Below the pieces are notes generated by a model. The model had not been told where the DNA came from and ran no database searches. It saw nothing but the letters and a program-made list of their open reading frames with translations. The translations under genes and the position numbers were made by a program. From NCBI GenBank assembly GCA_964276515.1, contig OZ193910.1, positions 5,332,001-5,396,000 of the forward strand: DNA of 64,000 nt, in the 5' to 3' direction. Positions 38,905-50,363 of the stretch are shown here, in pieces (position 1 is the stretch's first letter; each line of letters begins with the position of its first letter). Origin of the DNA: Gordius albopunctatus. Taxonomy: Eukaryota.

Positions 38905-40759
38905 TAAGAATTAATAAAAATTTTATAACTCAAATTTATTAAACGTAATTTTAACCTTTATTCTTGCCTTGTAAATGTAAATCTTACTTATTAAATTAAA
39001 AGTAAGTTCCTCATAATTATTCATGAAACGTCATATTACGATTTGAAATCGGTAAGCGTAAAATAAGCATTTAATTAATGATATTTTATAATTTTCAAAC
39101 TAAATTAAGTCAAGACCAGACCGCTCCCTCTTGATCACAATAGCCAATAATGTCGAAATCCATGTTCGGCAATATGGATTCAAAAATTCTTATCAATAAA
39201 GTCAATAGTTTTTTGAATCTTATGATTTTAGTCTCAAATGCATCATCAAATCCCGGTGGATTAAGAAGTATGAGATTAGGCATAAAATCTAAATATTTTT
39301 AATAGTTATGATATGGACATTGTTAACCAAAGGGGTTTTTTAAATATTTAAAACTGAACTGTGAATTCCACACTAAGCAAAATTAATCTATATTTTTTAA
39401 AAACACAAAGTGTTCATTGTGATGTAATATTATGAGAGGGGTTATATCGCTCACCGATGTAGCCAAATTTTTCAACACATATTTGACTATTTAAGGCAGT
39501 TTTTATATGACAAACGTGATTAGAATAATAAATTATCGTGAAAGCGTCTCACTTGGAGATTTGATTTTCCTATTTATTTGTATAAGTGTGGTGGGAAAGT
39601 TTTGTGTTATATTTCCAGTATTTAATTTAGATTTTGAAAATATAAACATTTATTTTATCACCACCCCCCACCCCATGCGTTAATTATATAAAAAAATAAA
39701 TTAGGATAATATTATAGATGAGGCGCGAGTATTTATATTTTCTATACTCAAGTCAAATTAATGATTTTTCGCGACAGAACTATAAAAGTTGATGTCACTA
39801 TAAAATTAAAGTGGATTAAGCCAGACGACAACTAAAGTGACGATGCGTCTGTTCTCGTCCTTATTTTAAAATGCTCCTTGCATACATTTTATGTCTACTA
39901 AAAATAGTAAAACGATCGGGAAAATAATCAATAGTGTTGTATGTCACTTTTAAAAGATTATCAATTCATCAATAATTTATGACTATGATTGATGATTTTT
40001 GAATTAAAAGAATATTATTAAAATGTTGATCTCTTGTTTAAAAGTCAGCAACGCATATTTTAAATATTAAAATTTGTGAGTTTGAAACTTTTATATTTTT
40101 TTAAATCGCCCCCGCCATTCTAAAAAATATTTTCTCCCCAAAACACTTTCCCTGAGGAAAATATTTGTTTCAGATGTCGAAATTATTATATAGACAAAAT
40201 CAAAAAAAATGTAAATAGAGGCGATTCGCGCTCTGGAAGCGACTAGATAAATCAGTTTATTTGATCGAATTAAACAAATAAAATACAAATTAGTTTGGCA
40301 TCTAATGATTTTTGGGTGAATTTGCAATTTCTTGTATAAATAAATATGTTAAAGTTTTAAGAAAGTATGTACTGGTTTATATATTAATAAATTAATGATC
40401 ACCAATTCTTTGTAATAGTTATTAACAAATTCAATGTTACATCGTTTTAAAGCTAAGGTTTAATATTTATTTTACAAACAATTTCTTAAAATTTAGGATG
40501 CTTTATCGGTCCTACATTTTATGAAAAATAAATAAAAAATTACTTGTTGCAATTAATATTATAAAAATCAGATTTGGCGTTTTTATTAATTCCAAGAATT
40601 TCGTACGCATCAAAATTTACCTAAAACTATTCTTTTATTTCAATAAAAACGGGATATTTAAAAAAGAAAAATCGTTTTTCCTTGAAATAATGCCTTAATG
40701 TGTAATGATATTTGTTAGTGCTGATAATGAAACAGCATTGTCATAGAGTCATTTAATAC

Positions 40760-41170
40760 AAGACATTCATCCCATGGTCCCGTGGACTGAATCTCACTTG
40801 GGACTTCACCACGGTCGACATATTTGCCCCATCCAACTCCTCTCCCTCTCCCCACCTTATAGTCGGTGCAGAGAATAGGAAGACAGCAAAATATTCTTCC
40901 CTCGCGGACACAATATTTATTCCCGTAGTGGCAACCACAATCGGGAATTTAGGCATCGAAGCTCTCGCTCTCCTGAAACAAATTGGAAAAGCGATCTCCA
41001 GCGTCTCCTTAGATTTGAAAGAATACTTTTTTATCAGGCAAAAGATCACAATGGAAATCGTTAAATCCAACACGATTTCCACACACGGATCAATGCCATC
41101 CGTTTAGTTTTAGCGCGTTTTTAATATTTTTTAGTCGTGTATGTAATTTTTCTTATACCATTTTTTTATA
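40760..41170 (+). mobile_element. 3' fragment of a second CRE-like LINE
   Basis: Plus frame reads FIPWSRGLNLTWDFTTVDIFAPSN..AENRKTAKY..FIPVVATTIG..LKQIGK..IRQKI, homologous to 14090-14370; stop near 41107. Confidence 0.8.
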
Positions 41171-44100
41171 TTATTTACTTTATAATATACCAGTTAAAGA
41201 ATTAACCTAAAAATACGACATTTAGAACACTAATGACACCAAGGGGGTTGTGGGTAAAATGATTTGGCTATATTTTTTTACAAAACTTTCGAACCTATAT
41301 TAATTTATGCGCCATAATGTAAAACAAATTGAAGGGCTCCCAGTTATCTTCCCTCGAGCATTTTGGGGAGTTAATTTATTCATAAAATAGTTTAAGATAT
41401 ATGCATAAAAATTACGTTTAGATTGAAGGAAAGACGAGGTATTATTAATTAAGTTTGAAGTGGGGTTAAATATATGTATAGACAGAGAGTTGATGCCTCT
41501 TTTAATAAGGTTAGTTTAGAGGGTGATGGATGTATATGGATCTTTAATAGCCAATTTCGAGATAATTAAACGTAAACTTTTTAATTTTATTCTAATAGCG
41601 TGTTTGTTAACGAACACAATTGATTTATTTATATTAGGATTGTTAGAAGGTTCGGTACTTACATTCATCACTTATTAATAAAATCTAACAAATCTTTAAT
41701 GTTTAATAAGATAACTAAATGACCAAGTGCAATCTGTTTTCAGTAAAATAAATTATTCAAAGACACCTAAAGCATCAAAAACAATTAATATAGGTATTTA
41801 TTATAAACAACAACCAAAATATAGAGTTAAATGTAAGGGCTTAGCGGGACGCTGAATGTTTCGATCGCAACTCAAAAGTATTTTAAATGCAAATCTTCTA
41901 AACGTTTTGATTAATAGTAGTTATTCTTATTTCTCCCTTTACAAAGTATTTTTTGCCTTTTTTTAATCCAAAGAATGTGGTGGTTTATAGAGTGTTCATA
42001 AAGTTTGAAAAATATTTTAAAAATTAGTAAAGAAATTTTTTAAAAAGGCTTATGAGTTTTAGTTTATTAACTAATGTTAATTTAAGTTAAAAATATCTAA
42101 GTCGGTGTGTTATAATGCGAATTTCATTTTAAAAATTACAATAAATATTCAAGTGTTAAAATTTTAGATGAATATTAAAGCATTGAAGTTTTAAATCCAA
42201 TGTATTTAAAATTAACTATTATAAATTAGGCTTTGCGAAACGTTTCGTTATTTCCATCAACATTCAAGGGCAAACCACTTTTGAAAATTATGTCATTTTA
42301 TTGATATTTAATTGCTTTCTTGTGGCATGCATTTATTTAGGGCAGGGGTGTAATTAAACTTGACGAGAAATGAATTAGGTAGAGTCAAAATGTTGCCTCA
42401 TAAAAAAAGTTATCATGATATTGTTAAATATCTTTTAAAAAATAGGAATCGAGGTTAGAGATGCAAATTAAAATATTGAATTTTGTTTTGACGCGTTCAA
42501 ATGAAAAGTAATCGATCAAGCAAAAAAGTTTGTTATAAAAAAATATGTTGCTGATGTTATCAAACGTAACTTTATTATTTGGACTAGAGACCTGCACGGC
42601 CCGGGCCAGCCGGGCCGGGCTTGGACGAGCTTCGGCTTAAAAATAAAACATTGGACCGGGCCTGGACGGGCTGATATATAACTTAACGGGTTCGGACCGG
42701 GCCTAGTTATACTTTAGGCTCGTTAAAAGCTTGTTACAAATCAATTAGATTTAGTATAAAAGAAGGTGTTTTTCTAATTTTCTAATTTATAATTATTTTT
42801 TTTTCGATCCTAGTTAGATAGGACAAAAATGTTTTTCCCATCAAGAATTTTTGGATTTGAGAGGGGCAACTGCCCATCCCTCTAGCAATATTGAGTGAAT
42901 TAATTTAATAGTATTGAAGATTATTCGTATTAATTGCTATGCAATTTATGGGCTCTCTTTTGATTGCCGTCCTATCCGTCTTGTCCAATATGTAATTGCT
43001 CAATAATTGCCCTGGAAACTCATGCGGGTCTTTAATAGCTGTGGACTTATGCTTCTGAAAAGTCTTTATATTACTGACCCCTGATTGGCTTTACTTTTTC
43101 CGACCTCGCCCGAGGTCAAATTTTTTTTGTGCCCAACTGATTACCTTTTTTATTAATGAATTTCTTTGGGCAACTTGTCTAGGTTGTTGCTATATATCGG
43201 ATAATTGCGAAACTGGCAAAACAATTTTCGACACTTTTATTTTTAATATAACAAAAATAAACTTCGCCTATAATATGACAGGGTTTTCAACTTTTGATCC
43301 CATTTACCACCATACCTTGGTCCAAAGAACACACAAAATTTACAATAAGCACCATTTTCTCGTGGAGAATAGGAGAGCCAGCTCCATTTATGAAACTAAG
43401 AGAAATTAAATTTCAGCTTTTTAGCTGTTTCATCACAAGGAAAATTGAATAAAAGTGGTGGTTGATAAATTTTATCAAATTCTGCCAACTTATCTTCATA
43501 ATGTTGTATGGTGTTAACATACAAAGATATGTCATATGGCTGCTGGTTTGATGATGATTTTATATCTAACATCAAATTATTTTACATATACCATTTGACT
43601 TTAGAATAGTTGAGGCATTTTCATCAATATTATTGTTTAAAACAATAGGTGAGTGTTTCAATTGAATCTTCATCATTGGACAAATTTAAATCCTCTAGAA
43701 ATTTTTAAAATTGGCAATGTAATCACAATATTTATAACAATATTAATATATATAAGAAATCAATACTATATAAACATAAAATAAAAGCCTAAATCACTTA
43801 CTAGAAATACCAGGGTTTGGTATTTTAAGGGGGAAAAATTTTTGTATAGAATTCTTAATAATTTACAACTCTTCGCGGTAATCATACATACATACAATTT
43901 ACAATCAATGGTGGAAAATTATAATGGTAGGGGGTGCAAGTTGAAAATTAAATTATAAAAATTGAATGTATATATTATGTTTCCAGACTTTTATAAGTGT
44001 CTCAAAATCTTTTATGCAACTAAACTATAATATTTTAACCCATAAAATCTAATTATTAAACAAAAAAATTTCAAATTTTGGCCAAGGGGCCAGAAACTTC

Positions 44101-45436
44101 CCTTTTTCTGCCCCCTTGGCTACGCGCCTGCCCCTCCCTCAATTTCAAAAGAAAATCATCATGTTGTTTAACAAGTTATTTGATTAACCGTCAATATTTT
44201 AGCTCAATGAAATGCATGATTAACTATTTTGATAATGAATTAATCTTATAATTTTTACTAACTGATAAAGACAAAATGTATTGTTTTGATTTAAAAACCT
44301 CAATTTGCTAACAAGCGGTTCTTCTGAAAAATTTCAACTGAATCGATTGATAATAAAAAATGAATAAGCAATCTATGTTGAGTTTTAGAATATAATTTAA
44401 TAAGTTGGCACCATTGACGATTTTTGTTTTTACCTAGCTCAAATTATATTTATTACATTAAGATAAGGCAAAATAAGGGCCATTTTTAAACTAGATTTTA
44501 TATAAAATATGTAGTTTAATTTAATTATAATATTTTTTTTTAATTTTTATTTTCTATAAAATTTTGCCTATATCCCTGCACTTGGTAGGGACTATGTGAA
44601 TTCCCAGTTCACGTTAATTCAATTAATTGTATATATTAATACACATGTAATTGAAAATAGTTAGCAGCATATAATAAATTTAATGCTCGTTAATTAAGCT
44701 TACCTTGAAGAAATTTTTCAAATGTCAGATAATTAACCTCCTTACACAATTATATAAACAACTTCTTACCCTTCAAATTCTCTCGCTCTCTTTTTTACAT
44801 TTATTAATAGTAAACATCAACTCTTTTTATCATTATATTAATAAAATCCATACTTTTATTTGTTAGCAATTTATACAGGAAACAACCGTAGAGGTAGACA
44901 GCTTACGTATACGCCGTATCGTTGCATTGGACAAAAAAGCAAAAAACCAATGTCTATGAATGTCTATGATATGTCTATAAATATTTTTTGACCAATCAGA
45001 GCGTGGTTGTTCAATATCACTTCTTTTAATGATCAAATGTCTGTTAAATTTTGTTTATCGAAGAAAAGACAACCATATTTAGTTGCGTGAAAATATGAAT
45101 ACATCAAAGTGAATCTAGGGAAGTATTCACAAGTGTATTACAGGTGTAGAACACGAAAATGCTCCTCGAGAGGGGTTTACAGAGACAAAAATTTTACTAT
45201 AACAAGAAATCACGACGAAATTCCCCATACAAGTAATATTTATGATTATTATATATTATCTTCATAATAGCTTATCCAAACTATGGATGTATTGATAATG
45301 CTCAGGTTTCTCAACCTCTACAAACATTGGACATGAATGGATGTATTGATAATGCTCAGGTTTCTCAACCTCTACAAACATTGGACATCAACAATGTTTT
45401 ATATTTAATTAAAAAAGTGAGAGCAATCAATTATCA

Positions 45437-45779
45437 AAGTGCAATATCATATTCAACCATTCCAACCACCACCAACTGTAAGTTCATTCATTTATAAAAA
45501 AGTTAATTTTAAACTTGTTTTAGATATGAGGGCTTCTGCTGCAGAAAGCATTCTAAGTGCAATATCATATTCAACCATCCCAACCACCACCAACTCTAAG
45601 TTCATTTATTTATAAAAAAGTTAATTTTACACTTGTTTTAGATATGAGGGCTTCTGCTGCAGAAAGCATTCTAAGTGAAATATTAAATTCAACCATCCCA
45701 ACCAACACCAACTGTAAGTTCCTTTATTTATAAAAAAAAAGTTAATTTTACACTTGTTTTAGATATGAGGGCTTCTGCT
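45437..45779 (+). repeat. 118-bp tandem repeat (72-nt exon-like + 46-nt intron-like), about 3 copies
   Basis: Unit ..TTTTAG|ATATGAGG..CCAACT|GTAAGT..; one donor is CTAAG; a 54-bp duplication precedes it at 45283-45389. Confidence 0.9.
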
Positions 45780-46907
45780 AGACATTCTCCTAGAACCAGA
45801 GCATTGTTTTACCAAGAAAGGTGAAAGATTCTCACTGTGAAACGGGGACAATCGCCTCTTCATTTTTGGAACACTAACACTATTGAACATCATGTGTTCA
45901 GCCCGGAAATTATACTCAGATGGCACTTATTATGTGTGTCCCCCTTTATTTAATCAAGTAATAGCAATTGTAATTTTTTTTAATCTAAATTTTTAGGTTT
46001 ATACAATTCACACTTATCACAGGGGTCATATGATTCCTGTGATCTATGCACTATTGCCTGATAAATCATGTGAAACATATATGATTGTTTTCAATAAATT
46101 AAAGGAGATTTGTGGTGAGCATAATATGGAGTTAAAACCCAATTATGTTCAGGTTGATTTTGAATTGCGAGCATGCAGGCTCTACGAGAATGTTTTCCAG
46201 GCATTATTGTGAAGAGTAATAATTTATCATATATTGCATATATATTTAATTTAGGGTGCCTTTTCCACTATACACAAGATATCATCAGAAGAGTGGCACA
46301 TGATGGTCTCAAAACCTATTATGATAACAATGAACAGTTTAGAAAATATATAAGGCGAATTTTAGCCTTGCCATTCTTGAAGGAGTCCGATGTGCGGAGA
46401 ATATTTAGTGCTATCATTTTTGATCCTCTTGTGATGGCTGACCAAAAGATGAGGATCTTTTTTGTATACGTCAATGATGTATGGGTTGGACCTAGCGCCA
46501 GTTTCCCCTATGAAATTTGGCAAAGGGTGAATGCTGTTGGACCACGCACCAATAATAATTTGGAGGGATTCCACAATGGTATTAAGTGCCTAATTGGTCG
46601 GGCCCACCCTCCTATTTACGAATTTATTACTCATATTATAAAACATCAGGGCTACAGATGTAAATCTTTTACAAATTTCCCAGGGTAAACAAGTAGATGT
46701 TGCCAGTAGAAAATACAATAATATTAATGCAAATATCAATCGTTTACTCTCTTCATACCTCTCTAACGAAGTTGATGTTAATTAATATATTGACAATATA
46801 TCCAACTATTTGTATATTCAATCACATAACATATAAATAAAACATACCTTCTTAGAAATAAATTTTGCAGATTACATATACCTTATTAAAAGTTTGAATG
46901 TAAACTA

Positions 46908-47335
46908 TGTCAAGTTTATTTTATATAATCATCACTAAAATTTTAATAACAATTTAAAATTTATCATGTCTTACCTTATTTAAATTTTTCATACTTTTAA
47001 CCCATTTAACAAAAATATAGCAGTTAATCTAAGTCATTTATATAACTACATCTATTCTATTAAAAGTATATTATCAGGAATAAACAAAATATTTACACAT
47101 TGTCAAGTTTATTTTATATAGTCATCAGCATCACTAACATTTTAATAAAAGTTTAAAATTTATCATGTCTTACCTTATTTAAATTTTTCATGCTTTTAAC
47201 CCATATAACAAAATATAGCAGTTAATCTTAGTCATTTATATAACTACATCTATTCTATTAAAAGTATATTATTAGGAATAAGCATAAAATTTCTACATAT
47301 AGTTAAGCTTATTTTATATAGTCATCACTAACATT
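46908..47335 (+). repeat. AT-rich tandem repeat, about 195-bp unit, 2+ copies
   Basis: TGTCAAGTTTATTTTATAT..TCATCACTAA recurs at 46908, 47101, 47301. Confidence 0.85.
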
Positions 47336-47549
47336 CCCAAAATAAACGATTTTTTTATCATATTCCTTTTAATTTTACATTTATATTTATACTCGATCAT
47401 CAATGATAGAATTTATATTATATCGTCTTACCTCTTTATTTAATGTAAATAAAATGTATGATCATAAGGTGCGCCTAAACATTCATGCATTTCCGTAGAC
47501 ATTTATTTGTTTTTTGCTTATTTGTCCAATGGCACTGAATCCGTATACG

Positions 47550-48976
47550 CGCATCGTTGCATTCGACAAAAATTCAACTGACAAATGTCTATAAATGTCT
47601 ACGAATATTTTTTGAACAATCAGAGCTTGGCTGTTCATACCCATACAAGTAATTTTTATAATTATTATATCTTATCTTCATAATAGTTTATACAAACTGG
47701 ATCTACAACCTCTACAAACATTGGAGATTATTTGTATTTTTTAACAGCAATACAGCAAATATATATACCTGTTTTGTACTAATAAAGTATATCAATATTC
47801 ATGTCTACATTTTTATATTATTTAACAAAAATTAGATGTCAGATTTATTACCTATAAAAAAGCTAGATTTGAGATGGGAAAAACAAATTTTTGGTAATTT
47901 AATTCAATGCTGCATTAATTTTATATTTTAGAATACATACAAACCTTAATTTAAAAGTAATATAAAAATTATACTCATTTTTAACAAATTTTTTGTCTTT
48001 TTTAGTATTAGCGAATTAATGATACCTGTTTTATATTAATAGAGTAATTTTAAATCATGTCCACATTTTAATATCTATTTCATACCTTTGCTTACATAAG
48101 ATTATACATATATCAGCGTGGGCATAGCCAGAGGACGGCTACCACCCTCTAAATTTAATAAAATTCATGAATTTTAGATTACAGCTAAAATTGTGAAATC
48201 TTTCTAAATAGCTTTTGCCCCCCTCTAATTTAAATGCTGGATACACCCATGTTTATCATCTATAGAAAGGTCAGATGAGAGATGAAAAGAAATCAATTAT
48301 CAGTTATATTAATTTTAAACTGAATACATACTTGTTAAGGAAAAGTAGTACTTAAATTGTTTCATACTCATTTAAACAACTTATTGCTATGGAATTTTAG
48401 GTTATTTGTACTTATTAATAACAATGTAGCATATTAATGATTTATAAAACATGTTTTTTAGTTATCAATTTATGTCTATGTTTTAATCTCTAGTGACCCT
48501 CTATACCTTTATAAATTATACAGTTTTAATAATTTCCATTTTATTCTATATATAAAATATAATACATCAAATTTAAATCTGAACTTCTCTTAAATTTTGG
48601 AATTTTTCACATTTCCAACATCAAAAATTTCATTGAGACTTATAATATCTATATTGTATAATAAACTCATAACCAGAATATATTACTTTTACGGGCATCA
48701 GGATTAATTGAACTTATTTCTTCACAAATATCATTTACATTTTCATCACCTAAAAATGTTTAAAAAGAGTTTACTTTTTTTGGTTCTTTGACAATTTGTG
48801 ATTCCTTTTGGGGACGTCTTGTAAAAATATTTCTAATGGGTTAGGAATTGTGGTTATAGGATTTGTTTTTCTCCACCTATGATGACATAAATCCAGATCT
48901 AACCCATTTCATTTGACAAATTCATTTTCGTAGACATTTATTTGTTTTTTGCTTTTTTGTCAAATGGCACTGAATC
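47550..48976 (+). mobile_element. Non-autonomous Mutator-like element B, same family as A
   Basis: Same left end (ATCGTTGCATT..CAATCAGAGC) and right end (GTAGACATTTATTTG..GGCACTGAATC); internal CCCATACAAGTAAT and CAACCTCTACAAACATTGGA shared with A; contains a MITE at 48118-48252. Confidence 0.82.
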
Positions 48977-49682
48977 CGTATACGTACCATTGTAATTATA
49001 TAGCAATGATCAGCTGATGGAATTGTTTAGAGGTTTCTTTTCAAAATCCCAAATTTAAAATTACCAAGTATCCACTGCTCCTGCTCACCATGATCTAATC
49101 GCCACTAATCACCACTGATCACCACTAATGCAAAGAAAAAATCAACTCTACTATTATGACAATTTCTACTATACAAAATACAAGGAAGGGAAAAATTCTC
49201 AAATATACCTTAGGTGCCGCAATACTAAATGTTTGGGCAGAGCTATAAAAGATGGAAGTACATATTTTATTACTAAAGAGCATTCAAATATTCCCACACA
49301 AGTATAAATTGGCATTAGTATTTTTATATATTTAGCAGGCCAAAGACAATAGACCCCAAATTTATCTTCTTTTTCAAACATTTTAAATATCCAAGGTAAT
49401 TTTATGTGTTAATTTTATAAAGTTTAAATATTTTTATAGTTCTTAATATTGAAGGATTTCGTTCTAGGCTGAATAGTAGTAGACAATGTTTGACCTCAAG
49501 TATCTCAAGTAATTTAATGTAATAATTTCATATTTTTATTCAGTAGTTACTGGAAACTATTCAACAATGGCCCCTATAATTCCACCAATACTAACAGTCA
49601 ATGTAATTCTGCTAACTATTTAACAATGGCCCTCTATAATTCCACCAATACTAACAGTCAAAGTAATTTAAAGTATTAATTT

Positions 49683-49879
49683 TGTAGAGAGGTAAAGTGC
49701 CTCCAGGGATACGATAGTTACCTGCGTGTTGATGTTATTTACACGCGCGTTGGCGATCAAATTATCGTTAATTGGTTGTAACTTATAAATGCGTTGGTTA
49801 TATACGCCAGGACACTTTTTCGTCGTGTTTTTGTGTCACACTCCTAATAGTTTACGTGAATAAATATCAGCCCTTAACA
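49683..49879 (+). mobile_element. Solo LTR, 197 bp
   Basis: TG...CA termini, 5-bp TSD AATTT, TATAAA and AATAAA inside; the paralogous repeat at 49505-49560 shows the empty site. Confidence 0.85.
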
Positions 49880-50363
49880 AATTTCATATTTTTATTCAGT
49901 ATTTACTGGAAACTATTCACCAATACTAACAGTCAATGTAATTCTAGTAACTATTCAACACTGACCCCTTATATTTCCACCAATACTAACAGTCAATGTA
50001 ATTTTGTTTATCTTTTAATGATCAAGAACACTTTTAAAGTTTTATTAAATGATGCACATATTCTGTTGGATGCTTGTCATAGTTTGCAAGCAACAGGCCC
50101 TTGTAACTTATTATATATTTTATATCTATATAATTTTTTTATTAGCAATGAGATTTTTAGTATCTCAAAAAATGAGTCATTCTGTATCTATATGGGTATC
50201 TATATACGAAACAACATGTTTTTCACAACAAAACATACTATAAGTGCTGATCACAAACTTGCAAAGGAAAAGCTCAGATGACTGAGTCTTACCATGTCAC
50301 AAATAATCATAATCATGAGCCTCCTCGTGGCGATTATGAGTTTCTAGTCACGATCAATATATA

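Larger units (their letters stand above)
44914..47541 (+). mobile_element. Mutator-like element A with degenerate FLYWCH + MULE transposase
   Basis: Imperfect TIRs (CATTGGACAAA.AAGCAAAAAAC..TGTCTA); FLYWCH-like 45038-45230 (YYRCRTRKCSSR..NH, one stop); SDGTY, VDFE, GCLFHY, RTNNNLEGFH at 45915-46580 with short introns and frameshifts; flanked by CGTATACG. Confidence 0.85.

Noticed and set aside
40753..41082. Minus-strand 109-aa ORF
   Set aside because: Antisense to the CRE-like LINE frame on the plus strand.
49772..50281. 169-aa ORF
   Set aside because: Crosses a solo LTR, a repeat and an out-of-frame FLYWCH remnant; chimeric artefact.
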